From Azolla caroliniana (Eukaryota; Plantae; Polypodiophyta), in the NCBI GenBank assembly GCA_043228905.1, contig JBHGNT010000022.1, forward strand, positions 12,028,001 through 12,092,000: DNA of 64,000 nucleotides, written 5' to 3'. Each line of letters opens with the position of its first letter. Position 1 is the stretch's first letter. Positions 1 through 14,162 of the stretch are shown piece after piece. Below the pieces are notes generated by a model. It was not told where the DNA came from and ran no database searches. It saw nothing but the letters and a program-made list of their open reading frames with translations. The position numbers were made by a program, and so were the translations under genes.

Positions 1-2894
1 TACCACATTGCAAGGTGATGTACCAAATAGAGTGTGGTATGGTAAAGATGTCTCTTATGATTACTTACGTGTGTTTGGGTGTAAGTGTTTTGTACATATA
101 CCCAAGGATGAAAGATCGAAGTTAGATGCTAAATCTAAACAATGCATTTTTATTGGATATGGTCAAGATGATTTTGGTTATAGGTGTTACGATCATGTGG
201 GAAAGAAGCTTATTAGGAGTCGTGATGTAGTCTTCATCGAAGACCAAACCATTGAGGACATTGACAAGGCGGAAAGGTTGAGTACCTCTTCAGATGGTGA
301 CCTATAGATATTGATCCAATTCCTATGATGGATGATGATACACAAGAGAGTGCCTCACAACAAGAGGAGCAACACGAGGATGTTGGTGAGCCGTTGATTG
401 TAGATGATGCTAGTAATGATGTTGTTTTGCCAGAGACAGGTCTTGAGTGGGGGGAGCAACTTCCATTACAAGAGGTGGCAAATCAACCTTTAAGGAGATC
501 TACTAGAGAACGACGATCATCCACGAGGTATCCTAGTTCTGAATATGTTCTACTCACTAATGAAGGTGAATCGGAAAGTTTTCATGATGTGCAAACTCTT
601 AAAGACAAAGATAGTTGGGTAGAGGCCATGCATGAAGAAATTAATTCTTTGAAAAAGAACAACACATTTGAGCTAGTTGAACTTCCTAAGGGTAAGAGAG
701 CTTTGAAAAATAAATGGGTGTTTAAGTTAAAAAGGGGTGATGATAACTTTATAAAATATAAAGCTCGTTTGGTGGTAAAAGGATATGGTCAAAAGAAAGG
801 AATTGATTTTGACGAAATTTTCTCACCAGTTGTGAAATTAAGCTCAATACGAGTTGTGTTAGGTTTGGTAGCTAGTTTAAACCTTGAACTTGAACAACTA
901 GATGTGAAAACTACTTTTTTACATGGTGACCTAAATGAGGAAATATACATGGAACAACCGGAAGGTTTTAAAGAGAAAGGGAAATAACATTTGGTATGTA
1001 GGTTGAAAAAGAGTCTCTATGGCCTAAAACAAGCACCGCGCCAATGGTATAAAAAGTTTGATTCTTTTATGGTGAATCAAGGTTATAAAAGAACTAATGC
1101 AGACCATTGTGTGTATGTTAAACAATTTGAGGATGGTAATTTTATTATACTTCTTTTGTATGTTGATGACATGCTAATTGTTGGGTAAGACCTAAATATG
1201 ATTAATAGGTTAAAAGTTGAGTTATCTAAGACTTTTGACATGAAAGATTTAGGGCCTTCTAAGCACATTTTAGGTATGCAAATAACTCGTGATAGAGAAT
1301 CAAAGAAATTGTGGCTTTCACAAGAAACGTACATAGAAAGAATCCTCGAAAGGTTCAACATGCAACATTCGAAACCAGTAAGTACTCCTCTTGCCACTCA
1401 CTTTAAATTGAGTAGGAAATGTTGTCCAGTTACCGAGGAGGAAAGAGATGAGATGTCATCGATTCCCTATGCCTCGGCGGTTGGATCTTTAATGTATGCT
1501 ATGGTTAGCACACGACCAGATATTGCACACGCAGTTGGTATAGTGAGTAGGTATCTCTCTAACCCTGGTAAATCTCATTGGAATGCTGTAAAATGGATTC
1601 TATGGTATTTGAGAGGTACATCGAAGTTGTGCATTTGTTTTGGAGGTTCTAAACCAATTCTTGAAGGCTTTATAGATGCGGACATGGTTGGAGATCTTGA
1701 TGGTAGGAAATCTACATCCGGTTTCTTATTTACTTTTGCAGGGGGAGCTATATCATGGCAATCCAAATTGCAAAAGTGTGTTGCCTTGTCCACTACAGAA
1801 GCCGAATACATTGCGACAACTGAGGCTGGCAAAGAAATGCTTTGGATGAAAAGGTTTCTTTTAGAATTGGGTTTGAGCCAATTAACTTATGTGTTTTTTG
1901 TGACAGTCAAAGTGCAATGGACCTAAGCAAGAACTCAATGTATCACTCACGGACAAAACACATCAATGTAAGGTATCATTGGTTACGATTGGCGATCGAG
2001 GAGCAAATGTTGCAACTAGACAAAGTTCATACTGATGACAACGTTGCTGACATGCTAACAAAGGTGGTTCCAAGGGAGAAGCTTGAGCTATGTGTCAAGC
2101 TTGCCAGAATGGAGATAAATTGAGACACAAGCAATTCTCTCCTTGTGTGACCGGAGGGGGAGATTGTTAATGTATCCGGTCACTATTTGGTCTTTTCTAT
2201 TTTAATAATATTTATTGTTATTATTAGATAGTAATATAAAACAAAACGAAAGTTTTGTTTCTTTAGTAATTATTACCCTTACTTTATTTCTTTAAAAGGG
2301 TAAATGTAAGTTACGTTTTTTAGTGAGTAAAGAAAAATAAAAATAAAAATAAAAATAATAAAGAGGAAAACAAAACAAAACGACCGTTTTTATTTTGAGA
2401 GAGACAAAGAGAAGAGAGAGTGGAAAGGAGATATATATATATATGGGAAGAGGTGAGAACAAAGGATGAGGGTGAAGCATTGTGAAGCATAGAGAAGCAT
2501 ATTGAAGCTTGGTGCTCAACTCATCTACTTCCAATCTCCTTTCCATCTCCACTACTCAATGTGAGATCTACACGGCTACTACTTCGACTTGTGGACGTTC
2601 TTGTGGGTTTTCTTCTCTCTTCTTTTCTCTTATATGCTTGAGAGATAATCTTATCCCTTTGGATTATTGTACCATCTTTGTCGGTAGTACTATGCTACAT
2701 ATCTCTACTTATTTCTAGTATATCTAGAAGTAGAATTTGTACTTGTGTTTTATCTCTTTGGTGATAGTGGATTGGTTTTGGACTTTTGTCCCGCGGTTGT
2801 CTTGTGTAATCTTTGTTGTGTCATTGTGTGTGTTTCTTGTGTTCCTTTTTCATTATAATCGAGCATAAAACGTGATGCGTGTTACACTCTTACA
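1..2894 (+). mobile_element. Ty1/copia LTR retrotransposon, 3' part (end of integrase, RT, RNase H, PPT, 3' LTR); defective
   Basis: ORFs 8-2123 carry copia motifs VFGC...KLD, KWVFK, YKARLVVKG, LKKSLYGLKQAPRQW, YVDD, RPDIAHAV, ALSTTEAEY and RTKHI, broken by stops at 305, 985 and 1186 and a frameshift near 1900. PPT GGAGGGGGAGAT at ~2153-2164. LTR begins TGTTAA at 2165 and probably ends TTACA at 2894. Confidence 0.93.
2165..2894 (+). repeat. 3' LTR of the copia element
   Basis: Follows the PPT, has TG...CA ends and a TATA-like (AT)n at ~2430. The right end is inferred because the 5' LTR is outside the window. Confidence 0.7.
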
Positions 2895-3703
2895 TGTCTA
2901 TACCTCATCAGTGTGCTCCATGATCATCGTTGAGCTCGAATAAAATGACCATCCTTTCCTCCCAATGGACCGTCTTCAAAAATAGGAGGACTTTGTCCAC
3001 CCCCACCGATCTCCGATCCCACTTTGAGAGTTGAGCAAAACGATGCTCAAACTCTTGGAATGCTTCCATCACGCTTCGATGGGCCTTCACCGACACCACC
3101 CATCGATCGAACTCATGCCGACTTCTCCCCTCCGGTTTCTTGTACCTGTATGTGTCCAATGAAGCTTCCATCCTTGTCCTCCCTTGCCGCCCTTCATGTC
3201 GGGTTCACCAAATTATGTCGCGGAAATCCGCGCGTACGTGTCGGATCTTAGGATGGACCGCGGGGGTCTTGGACTAGGGAGTATAGGAGAAATGGGAGCT
3301 TAACCCTTAGGACCTTCAAGCTCAAGGGGAAATGAGAAAGAATAGGAGATTTAACAAGGAACATAAAATAGAGACAAGATACATCAAGAAGCTATATTAT
3401 GAATCCACAAAACGATTACAACCATGGCCGCGTAGGCCGAACAAACCCACTATAAGAAACCCTAACCGGATAGAAGAAGAAGAATAGTAAAACCCTAAAA
3501 CCCGAAACCCTAATGGTCTACCCTGAAACAACAAAATGGCAACCCCTAAAAAAAGTGACCCCTCAATCCCTTTTACAGTATTAAGGGGTGAGACACATTA
3601 CAAAAAGGAGTGGTCAAATCCCCTTTCTTTCAAAGGAGAGTATTTGACCTTGATCTTAGGAGTTGAGATTGATGGGGCTTAACTCCCTCTCCTCTCACCG
3701 ACA
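2895..3703 (-). mobile_element. 5' end of a Ty3/gypsy-like LTR element (5' LTR 3216-3703, tRNA-Trp PBS, gag fragment), interrupted by the copia
   Basis: LTR with inverted ends TGTCG...CGACA (3216-3703). PBS TGGTGAACCCGACATGA (minus strand, 3194-3210) matches the plant tRNA-Trp 3' end with one mismatch. Gag-like ORF 2908-3171 (FEHRFAQLS...DKVLLFL). Confidence 0.75.
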
Positions 3704-4518
3704 TACTCAATGCCCACTACTCCCTACACCCATACTTCATGTGCCTCCCTCTAGTCTACAAAGTACACATCACCTTTATACCTTTACATCTTACTTTTCC
3801 TCCTTACATTTGTCTTTTATTCCTATGTTACAATTTTCCTAAGTTCATGTGCAATGTACACATCTTGTTTTATTCCTCCCCCTCGGGTTTTCTCACCATG
3901 GCCAAAAATCCTCATGACAACGTTCGCGTTCACAAGTGGAAGGATCGCGCATTCCACTTATGGATTCCTTTTATAATCTTGCGATTTTAGACATTTGATA
4001 CACTAATATCACATGTTTTAAATAGTATGTAAAATTTGCTAAGTTTTTGAGATTTAACAAGTTTCAAAATGATAATTTCTAAAATTGAATAGTTTTTCAA
4101 TAAATGTTTAAACGTTAATGGATTGCAGACTTGAAATGTAATTAACTTAAAGAAAATCACAATTCTTAACTCAAGGCACAAGTTAAGATTAATGGTTTCA
4201 CCATATTGAGGAGATGTAGGTTTCAAGAAGTGGAAGTTATATCTATTGTTAGACTTGAAAATGTTTTAAGTATAAGAGGTAACATTGTAATCCTTAATGC
4301 CATCATCTATAAAGTTAGTGCTTTTTAACATCCATAAATTCATAACTCAAGAAATGTAGACAATATTCATAAACAATTTTGATAAATCCACAACTCCTAA
4401 AATGTAGACATAGATGTGAACATTAATATATTAGTTTCAACATATCACATAGTTATCAGGGTATCCACAATGCTCTCTTCTTCTTCCTTTTGAGAATTCG
4501 CCTACAAAATTTGTAAAG

Positions 4519-5795
4519 TAAATGACATTTGTAAGGTTCAATTACCATCAACACAATTATTAATGGTTTTTGTTAATCAATGAAGCACATGTTTACCATA
4601 ACGTACCTTGTTGTGCAAAACCTTTTTTATTTGAAAAAAAAGAAGATATTTAAACATAAACTCGATATATTGTATCCAATAGATGTAAAAAATAGAGTTT
4701 TCATCACAATTCCATACAATGTATCGAAATCATGTTCAAACCTTTTTTTTCTCGGATTTAAATAATAATAATAATAATAAATTGAGCTTGAGTTGATGAA
4801 AAAACCATATTTTTCATCACAATTCGATACAATGTATCTAGTCCATGTTTAAAGTAATTTTTTCTAATTTTTTTATACTTTTTTCCAATTTTGTTTTTAT
4901 TTTGTTTTCGAAAAAAAAAACTTTAAACATGAACTAGATACATTGTATCGACTTGTGATGAAAACTCTGGTTTTTTCATCACTTCAAGATAAAACAAAAT
5001 TTTAAAAAAACAAAAACAAAATAGCGAAAATAAATAGAAAAAAATCATTAAAAAAAAAACCCCAAACAAAAGCTTTAAACATCAACTGCATACAATGTAT
5101 CGAGTTCGTGTTGAAAAGTTGACTTTTTTATATGAACTTGATACAATGTATCGAGTAAATTTTTTAAGTTATTTTTATTTTTATTTTAACAATTTTGATT
5201 TTTTTTCTATTTTTTTTGGTTATTTTGGTTATATTTTAGCTTGAAGTGATGAAAAAACTAGAGTTTTCATCACAAGTTGATACAATGTATCAAATTCATG
5301 TTTAAAGTTTTTCTTTCCAAAAGAAAACAAAAAAATTAAAAAAATCGAACAAAAATTGAAAAAAATTAGAAACAAATGACTTTAAACATGAACTCAATAC
5401 ATTATATCGAATTGTGATGAAAAATATGGTTTTTTTATCAAATCAAGTTCAATTATTATTATTATTATTATTTTAAATCTAGGAAAAAAAAAGTTTGAAC
5501 GTGAATTTGATACATTGTATGGAACTATGATGAAAACTCTATTTTTTACATCAAGTGAATACAATATATCGAGTTCACGTTTAAAAATCTTCTTCTTTTT
5601 CAAATAAAAGAGGTTTTTAAACATGAACTTGAATTGTACTAAAATCTCTGTATTTACAAGAAAAAGATGCATATCGATACTGCAAAGAAGTATGTTGCAT
5701 AACAAGATACCTTATGGTGAACATGTGCTTCATTGATTAACAAAAAACCATTAATAATTGTGTTGATGGTAATTGAACCTTGCAAATGCCATTTA
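4519..5795. mobile_element. ~1.28-kb foldback element / long inverted repeat with internal GATACAATGTATC subrepeats
   Basis: 4519 TAAATGACATTTGTAAGGTTCAATTACCATCAACACAATT is the reverse complement of the sequence ending at 5795. The arms run inward to a centre AAAAGTTGACTTTT at ~5115-5128. TA at both ends may be a TSD. Confidence 0.85.
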
Positions 5796-8344
5796 ACATG
5801 GTCTATAAAATATTCTCGTGGTTCTCCATCACCACTTCAAGCACCTAATGTTGATCTTCATAGTTTGGTTCATCTACAACAGAGAAACATTTGTGTGGAA
5901 CCAAGGATGGCAACACAAGCATAACTCAAGTGGCAAGGAAACTTGCAAGAACTCAAGGTGGGGATATTAATAGCTACACATGTAGATGGCCATGACCTAG
6001 GGCACCAATTCTGCATTGGTAAAGTTTTGGACGTGGTGATGGATTAAACCTTTGTAATAAATCTATCATTGACATTAGTGAGGTGGATATCATTGTGTAT
6101 GACTTTACACTGACAAAAGTTAGATGTTTAAGGACAACAACGATAGACATAATAAAAGAGATATTACCAAGTCTAGAAGATATCTTAGATTGAAGGCGAA
6201 CAAGATTTAGTGCACACAATTTGGAGACACCATTTGGTGAAGACAATGATTTGATTGGTACATTTGAAAATGAGGAGGAAGAGTCACAATTATATATTAG
6301 TTATAGGAGTGATTCTCATGAAAGGAATGATGATAATGATGCAAATAACTCTAAAATGTGTTTTTTGTGCAATGATATGTAACAAATTTAGACAACATTT
6401 TATCGAATGAAAAAAAAAGCGTTGATTGTTTTGAAATATTCTGCTTTTGATTTCTTTAAGATCTAAAACTTATTAGTTGTCATTTTTCCTTAAAAATACA
6501 CAAAGTTACTTTTTGTATTTGACCAAAATTTGGCGTTTTTCAATTTTACCAAATGGTTAAAATTTCAACTTTTTCATCAAGTTTTGGAGAACACATGATA
6601 CTAGTATCAAGGTGTTTTGTGAAATGGCAAAAAAAAAACTCCAAAATCAAACGGAATATTCCTTATCCTTCCACTTGTGAACGCGAACGTGTTATTGCAT
6701 CTTTTGGTGTGCTTGACAAAAACTACTTCTTACTTGGTATTCTTTTGGAGAAGTACCCCACAGTTGGATTATGGGAGAGTACCATTGTTTGCCCTTTTGG
6801 TGGTGATACATGTGAGAGTGATTATCAATCACTCTTTACTTAGTAATATGTAAGTGAACTACAAAACAAACTCTAATTTTGCTCTATGACATAATCACCT
6901 TCACACAATGGTTGGACTTATCCTTTGAGATTAAGAAAACACCCAAGGAGTGGGAGAAAGTCTTAAACCTGACCACCGAGGTGTCGCGAAGTTCCACATG
7001 TACATGTGCTACTTGAGCGGGACCACCGAGGATTTGAACTAGAGGGGATGGATGACTCAAAGCCGCGTCAGTCTCGAATAATCGTCAGAGTCAAAAGATT
7101 GTGAAGGCTTTGCAGAGTCAAAGGTAGGTCAGAGTTGACGATTCGTAAGAGTTGAAGGTAGGTCAAAGTCGAATGCTTTGCATAGTTGAAGGTAGTAGTG
7201 ATCCGAACAATGAATTATACGCGAGGTTATCATGTAATTAACCCAAAGAATCAGAGATCATGAATGAATTTTACAATACTAAGTTTAGGTTGTCCTCTTT
7301 ATAGGTGGAAAGAAATTCCCTTCATAAAAGAGGGTTTACAATATTTTGGAGTTTTTATTACAACGGTGATAAAATTTTCCAAAATTAAACATGAACTAAA
7401 AATGAAGATGGTTTGTCAAAAGGGCAAGCATTGGCTAGAGCACATCATCACTTTAGAATTGTTTGTGATTTGTATTTGCCCAGTTCAATAAGCGAAATGA
7501 AACATGGGAATGAATCCATTGGCAAAAGTAGGAAGATGGGAATGCAACCACTTATGTCATCTTAAATGCGAGTGTTGACATGGAATGTTCAGGGGTTAGG
7601 CATCCTCTTATATATATAGATGATATAAAAATCGTATCTAACAAGAAATTACCAAATGTTAGTTTGTGGATCTCAAGACTTTTTCTTGGTACAAGAATGT
7701 CACTTAAATGCTTTCACAATACCTAATATGGATCCCTTCTTTCAAGAAATTGGAATATGTTTTGGTCTCTTACAATAGGTGCCATAGAAGTCCATGGAGG
7801 TGTATGTATGGCTATTGCACATAGGTAGGTTCCATTATTTATCCCAAAACAAGTGGTTATCCCTGGTAGAACTCAATTTATTATTTTACTAGATGGAGAG
7901 TATACATGGGACTCTTGAATGTATATGCTCCTAATACTACCTCTCCTTGGAAACAAATTTGGCAGGATTTACTAAATGTTTTAGCTCCACGTGATCATTG
8001 GTGCATTGTTGGTGATTTTAACATGATTAAGGATCCCATTGGTAGAAAGGGAGGTAGCTCAACAATGATACATGAACATGAATTGGCAATTTGGGAACAA
8101 TTAATTATTTTCCTTACAACTGATTTATGATTGGCATGCTCCCTTGTTGGTTCGTACAAAGTTTTCACTCTTTTCTCATGACCAAATAGGCGTTTAACTG
8201 GTACTAATATCTAGATTAGATAGATTATATGTCTGGAAAGTTTATTACAACTACTAGCATAATACACATAATGCCAAGAACTACGTTTTCAAATCATGTT
8301 CCTGTAATCCTTTCCACATTGGATCAATAGTCCCATGACCAATC

Positions 8345-8799
8345 CATTACGGGCAAGACCATAAATTATCTTGTGGTAAGTTTACACCGTAGTATTCTAT
8401 ACACATGGATAAAGTGTGAGGGTTAAACGGGAGTGTAAAGAAGGGCAGATTACTTTTAATCCTAGGGATTGAGACAACCCATTAAGGCCGAGTGTGAGCT
8501 TTCTTGGGGGCCTTAGGTCTAGTTATAAATATTAGGCCTAGCTACCCTCATTTGACATCTTCTAACTACCTCGACACTTTGACCTCGTGGTGATCAAACT
8601 CTTGTATCGAGCACGCTAGTACCAGGTACGACTCGATGCCATGGCGATGGTATGGGACTCCGATTGAGGCTCACGTCCGTCGCGATCCCTTTGCTCGGGG
8701 GTGGTCAGGTAGATCAACACCCATCTTTCTCTCTCTTCTCTATTTATATTTATATTATATTTCCTTATCTCATGCTTACATTAGGATTAAGCTCTAACA
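8345..8799 (+). mobile_element. Solo LTR of the same chromovirus family as 49787-56752, inserted in the LINE
   Basis: Aligns by eye to the reverse complement of 49787-50241 (CCGTAGTATTCTATACAC...GTGTGAGGGTTAAAC...GATTGAGACAACCCATTA...AGGCCTAGCTACCCTCATTTGA). Near-identical 5-bp TSD CAATC/CTATC. Confidence 0.85.
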
Positions 8800-10233
8800 C
8801 TATCTATTATGAAGATTCTAGGAAAGGTTTTGTATGCTTTAGCAATGGGAGAAGAGATGTTGTATGTCTCTAGTTTCCTTATAATGGTTGCAAGAATGTT
8901 ATCCATGTTGTGCATGGAGCAACTTGGGACAACAAAGTGAGTTGAATTTCATTATCATCGCACGGCATCTATGTGGACCCAAATGGGAGATAACGGAACA
9001 ACATACTTTTTTCACTCGAACAACTACAACATGAGAATGGGACCACCACATCCGACCCACATGTGATGAGAGAGATTGTCACACGTTATTGTTTCAGTTT
9101 ATTATCATTGGAGATGTTTTCAGCTAAGGCTTTAATATGTCGATCCCTGCTTTGGAATATGTTGGAACCAAAAATAACATTGCACATCAATTATCAACTA
9201 CCAGAAGTCTTTTATATGATGAAATGAAATGAAATGAGAGAAGCACTTCAAGCCTTGCCCAAACATAGATCCCCGTGTATGGATGGTCTAATCCCAAAGT
9301 TTTTCCTTAAATACGGGGATGTTCAAGGTGGACTTATGTATAGTCTTTTATAAAATTCTCTGTGATGGTTGTATGCCTTCATATTTTACAAAAGGATCAA
9401 TTTACCTTATACCTAAGTCAGAGGGTCCTTCACTTGACATCAAAAAATGGCGTCCAATTACAATACTCAACACGTTTATAAAATCTTGGCTAAAGCAATT
9501 AGCATACACCTTTGAATTATATTACCTACAGTTATACACCTAACCCAAACTAGGTTTATTCAAGAAAGAAGTATCCTGGATAATGCTTATACATTTTGGG
9601 AATCTAATGCAGTAACCGCCAAAGCCAAACAAAAGTTGGCAATGGTTATGCTTTATTTTGAGAAATCTTATGAGGTGTTGATGGGAACTTCTTGCAAGGT
9701 ACCCTTGCTAGGTTTGGTTTCTCTCAAGAATGGATTACAGGTATAGTCTCCTTATATAGTTCCGCTCAAAGTTGAGTTTTATTGGCCGGAAATATGGCCC
9801 TCGTTTTACCATTTTGCAATCAGTTAGATAAGGTCATCCTTTTGCACCTTTCTTATTGATGTTCTTTGCTAAGGCAACATGGATAACATGTTCTTTTGCC
9901 TTTTTGACTGTGGATGACATTGGTTTAAATGGATTACGTATCCCATTCTCAAATGCAAAATTAAGGGAAGTTGAATTTGTGGACGACATATATCCTTATA
10001 CTTACATGGTGATTTGGATAACCTATATAAAACTGAAATGGCCCAGCCCTCACTTTGTAAGGCTTTAGGTGCACTTGTTAATTGGAATAAATTGATGGCA
10101 TTTTGGGTTTGGAATGAAGACCCTCCATTATGGAATCCGCATTCGCATTTTTATTGAGTCCCACGAGGAACCCAATTCGAAATTTAGGGTGTACAATAGG
10201 CATAGATGTCACCTAAGAATCAAGTGGCACCCC

Positions 10234-13200
10234 TCAAGCTCAACTTAGTTTAGTTAGTTAGTTAACCATGTAACTTCGTAGTTACCTAGATAGAATCTAG
10301 TTAGAAGTGTTGACTATAACGACTTAAATAGGACCTTGTACTTAAGTAGGATATTCTAGATCCTCCACTTCTAAGGTCATTTAATATAGGACTTACACAG
10401 TTGTACCTATATTCTCCTCACACATGTGTACCCTTGCACATAAGATCTATATATACCTCATTGATGGTATTTTTGTATTTGATGATGATAATGATAAGTT
10501 AATATACTTACTCATCCCCCATCTTGTGTTGTTCATAAGTGTATCACTCTCTCTCTCTTCCTCTCACACACATACACACACATATCACTTAATCATCCGC
10601 TTTTAACTTAATCACATAATTAGGTACTAATTAACCCATACTTACTTACCTAATTCTTAACATGGTATCAGAGCGTGTGGTTTAAAAAATCCACTAAGCC
10701 CACCCGACTCCATGATTGTGTGTTCGAGACGCCGACGACAAAATCTGATTATCAGCTACCGTAGTGCTGCTACGTAGCACGTGTACTTGATCGAAGGAAG
10801 AAAAGCAAAAGAGGAGAAGACACAATCAACATGAACACAAAAATGGGTAGCTTGCTCCCTAGTGAAAAGCTAGATCGGAGCAATTATTCATCTTGGGAGT
10901 ACAAGATGACCCAATACATTGTTGGCCAAGGGTATTAGAGCTACATCAACGACGCTCAAGAAAATCGACCCGACTCAAAGAACGCCGACTACGCAACATG
11001 GGAGCAAGCAGCGAGTCGAGTCATGTATTGCTTGGCAACATGTGTCCATGACCACATGCTTAGCCATATTCGAGACACCAAGACGCCTAAAGAAGTGTGG
11101 ACAAACTTAAAGAAAATGTTCGCCGCAAACACGACCGCCTAAAAGCTTCAACTCCGACAAGAGTTGAACAACATTCGCCAAAAAGACATGTTTGTGTCGG
11201 ACTACACCGCCAAGATCAAGAGCATTTGCGACTCGCTTGGCTCCATCAAAATAAATGTCGACGAAGACGAGATGGTTCGAGTATGCTTGGGTGGCCTCGC
11301 ACAACAATTCGATCCATTACGGACGGCAATCTTGGCGAGAGAAAACCCTCCTTCATTCTTCGACCTCCAATCAATGCTATTGGTCGAAGAGAACCATGTG
11401 CGAACCAAAAGCAAGATGTTAGAAGGACAAATGTTCTTCTCGAATTCGGACGGTGGCCAAGGAGAAGGTCACAGCGGTAGAAGAGGTCAATTCAACCCAT
11501 CACACGAAGGGAATGCAAACCTTCACGGAAGCCATCGAGGAACCTTCGGAAGAAGGGGGAGCTTCCACGTTGAACATGGTCGGAAAACGAGGCCCGCAAC
11601 TTGCAACTATTGCGGCAAAATTGGCCACCGCGAGGAGGAATGCCGAAAAGAAGAAGTGAGTCGACTTCCACAAGTCGACAACACACGAATTACGCCGTCA
11701 ACTCCGAATACAATGATTATGGTGGACTATTTGTAATGAGGCATAGAGCAAACTCTATGTCGGCCTCCAACTCCGCAAGCACCTCCAACTCGGAAGACGT
11801 GTGGTTCGTCGACTCCGGCGCCTCACATCACATGACATCTCACGAAGAGTGGTTTCGTGATTTACGAACGCCGAATCGACCCGGCTTCATAGAGACGGGA
11901 GACGACACCACGCACCCCATTCGGCACATCGGCACATCGGCAATGTCCCATTCGGGAAAGAAGGCGAGCAAACTTGCATCAATAATGTCTAGCACGTGCC
12001 CACAATAACGAAGAATTTGGTCTCGGTCGGCCAAATCGTGGAGCAATGCATGCAAGTCCGCTTCAACAAAGAAGGATGCTTCATCGAGAAAGATGGCCGA
12101 CTCATAGCGAAGGGGCGGAGAGACGACCGAATGTTCATCCTCGATTCGAACGAGGTGAAATCGGCAATGTACGCCAAAGGCCTCAAAACTAAGACAAGCA
12201 TTGAGTTGTGGCACAAGAGAATCAACCACATAAACCTCCAATGGGTTGGAGCGATGCAAACCAAGGGAGTCGTCATCGGACTTCAGACATTCGAGTCGAA
12301 ACGAGTTGACCGAGTATGTGAAGCGTGTCAACTCGGAAAACAACATCGACTCCCATTCCCGAAGGAGAGCTCTGCAAGCAAAGGCTTCCTTGACATCGTA
12401 CACTCAAATGTATGGGGACCGGCTCAAACGGCGAAGATCGGCGGATGCCAATACTATGTAACCTTCATCGACGACTACTCGCGCTACATGTGGATCTACC
12501 TGATGAAGAAGAAGAGTGAAGTGTTCTCCCACTTCCAAGAGCTCAAGGGGCAAGTCAAAATAAAAACCGGTCGGCACATTCGATGCCTACGATCGAATGG
12601 AGGAAAGGAGTACTTCTCCAACGAATTCACCTCCTACCTCCAAAGTGAAGGCATTCGTAGAAAATTCTCATGCTGACACACACCCCAACAAAATGGAGTC
12701 GCCAAAAGGAAGAATCGGCAAATACTTGAGGTAGCACGCACCATGATGCATGAGAAGCACATGCCGAATTTCTATTGGGCCGAAGCGGCATCCACGGCCA
12801 TCTATCTCATGAACCGGTGCACCACCAATGGAGTCCATGAGCTAACTCCATACGAGCTCCTCATCGGAAGGAAGCCGATCCTGTCGCACCTCAAGGTGTT
12901 TGGAAGCATTGCGAATGTACGCATCCCGAATGAACAACGATAGAAGCCCAACGCGAAGTCGGAGGAATGTATCCTCATAGGATACTTGTCTGAGAAGAAG
13001 GCATACAAGTGCTACAACCCTTCTACCCGAGCGGTTCAGGTAAGTCAAGACGTAGTCTTCGACAAGTCCGCATCCTGGTACACACCATAGACAACTACGA
13101 CTCCGAATCCGCTCGACCCGGAATCCACCGAACAAGAGGTAGAAGATGGAGATCGCTTCGAACACATGTTCGAAGAAAGTTCGATTACGGCAAGGCCTAG

Positions 13201-14162
13201 TGGGCCACAAGAGCCCCCACGCGACCCAAGCACGTCACAGCCAAGTACGAACTTGGACAAAGGCAAAGGTAAGATGCCCAAATACGAAGTCGACCACCCC
13301 GACGACAATGATTTAGATGGATCGGCTCCCTCACTAGACAGTGAGTTTGGTGTACCAATCATGCGTACACCCGGAGTAAAGAAGGCGCTCACATCGGCAA
13401 GCGAAAAACTTCGACGTTCTTCTAGAGAGAAGAAATGTGTCACTCAGCTCGGCTACAACAAATACATGGCCCATCATTATGCCTTCGTGATGAAGGTAGT
13501 TGTTGAACAAGAGCCCGAGAGCCCTACAAAAGTGGCTCATGACCCACGATGGGTGAAAGCAGTCGACCCAAGCCTTCGTCACAGGTTTGAGGGGAGGAAC
13601 CGAAACTGCCACGACGCAGAAGCCAACACCGAAAGTCGCACAGAAGCTGACATCGAAAGCCGGACAACGCCAAAAGCAAAACCAGATGGCGGATGCCTCA
13701 CACTTGAGCTTGAGGGAGCGTGTTGAGAGATCAAGCTCAACTTAGTTTAGTTAGTTATTCAACCATGTAACTTCGTAGTTACCCAGATAGAATCTAGTTA
13801 GAAGTGTTGACTATAACGACTTAAATAGGACCTTGTACTTAAGTAGGATATTCTAGATCCTCCACTCCAAGGTCATTTAATATAGGACTTACACGGTTGT
13901 ACCTATATTCTCCTCACACATGTGCACCCTTGCACATAAGATCTATATGTATATACCTCATTGATGGTATTTTTGTATTTGATGATGATAATGCTAATTT
14001 AATATACTTACTCATCCCCCATCTTGTGTTGTTCATAAGTGTATCTCTCTTTGTCTCTTCCTCTCACACACATACACACACATATCACTTAATCTTCCGC
14101 TTTTAACTTAATCACATAATTAGGTACTAATTAACCCATACTTACTTACCTAATAATTAACA
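10234..14162 (+). mobile_element. Non-autonomous Ty1/copia element (LTRs 10234-10662 and 13721-14162; gag, protease, integrase; no RT or RNase H)
   Basis: Near-identical LTRs, with the 5' copy lacking the first 10 bp. PBS TGGTATCAGAGC at 10663 (tRNA-iMet). Gag from ~10831 with zinc knuckle CNYCGKIGHREEEC, protease WFVDSGASHHM, GAG-pre LWHKR and integrase FIDDYSR. PPT-like GAGGGAGCG before 13721. Coding sequence stops just before RT. Confidence 0.92.
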
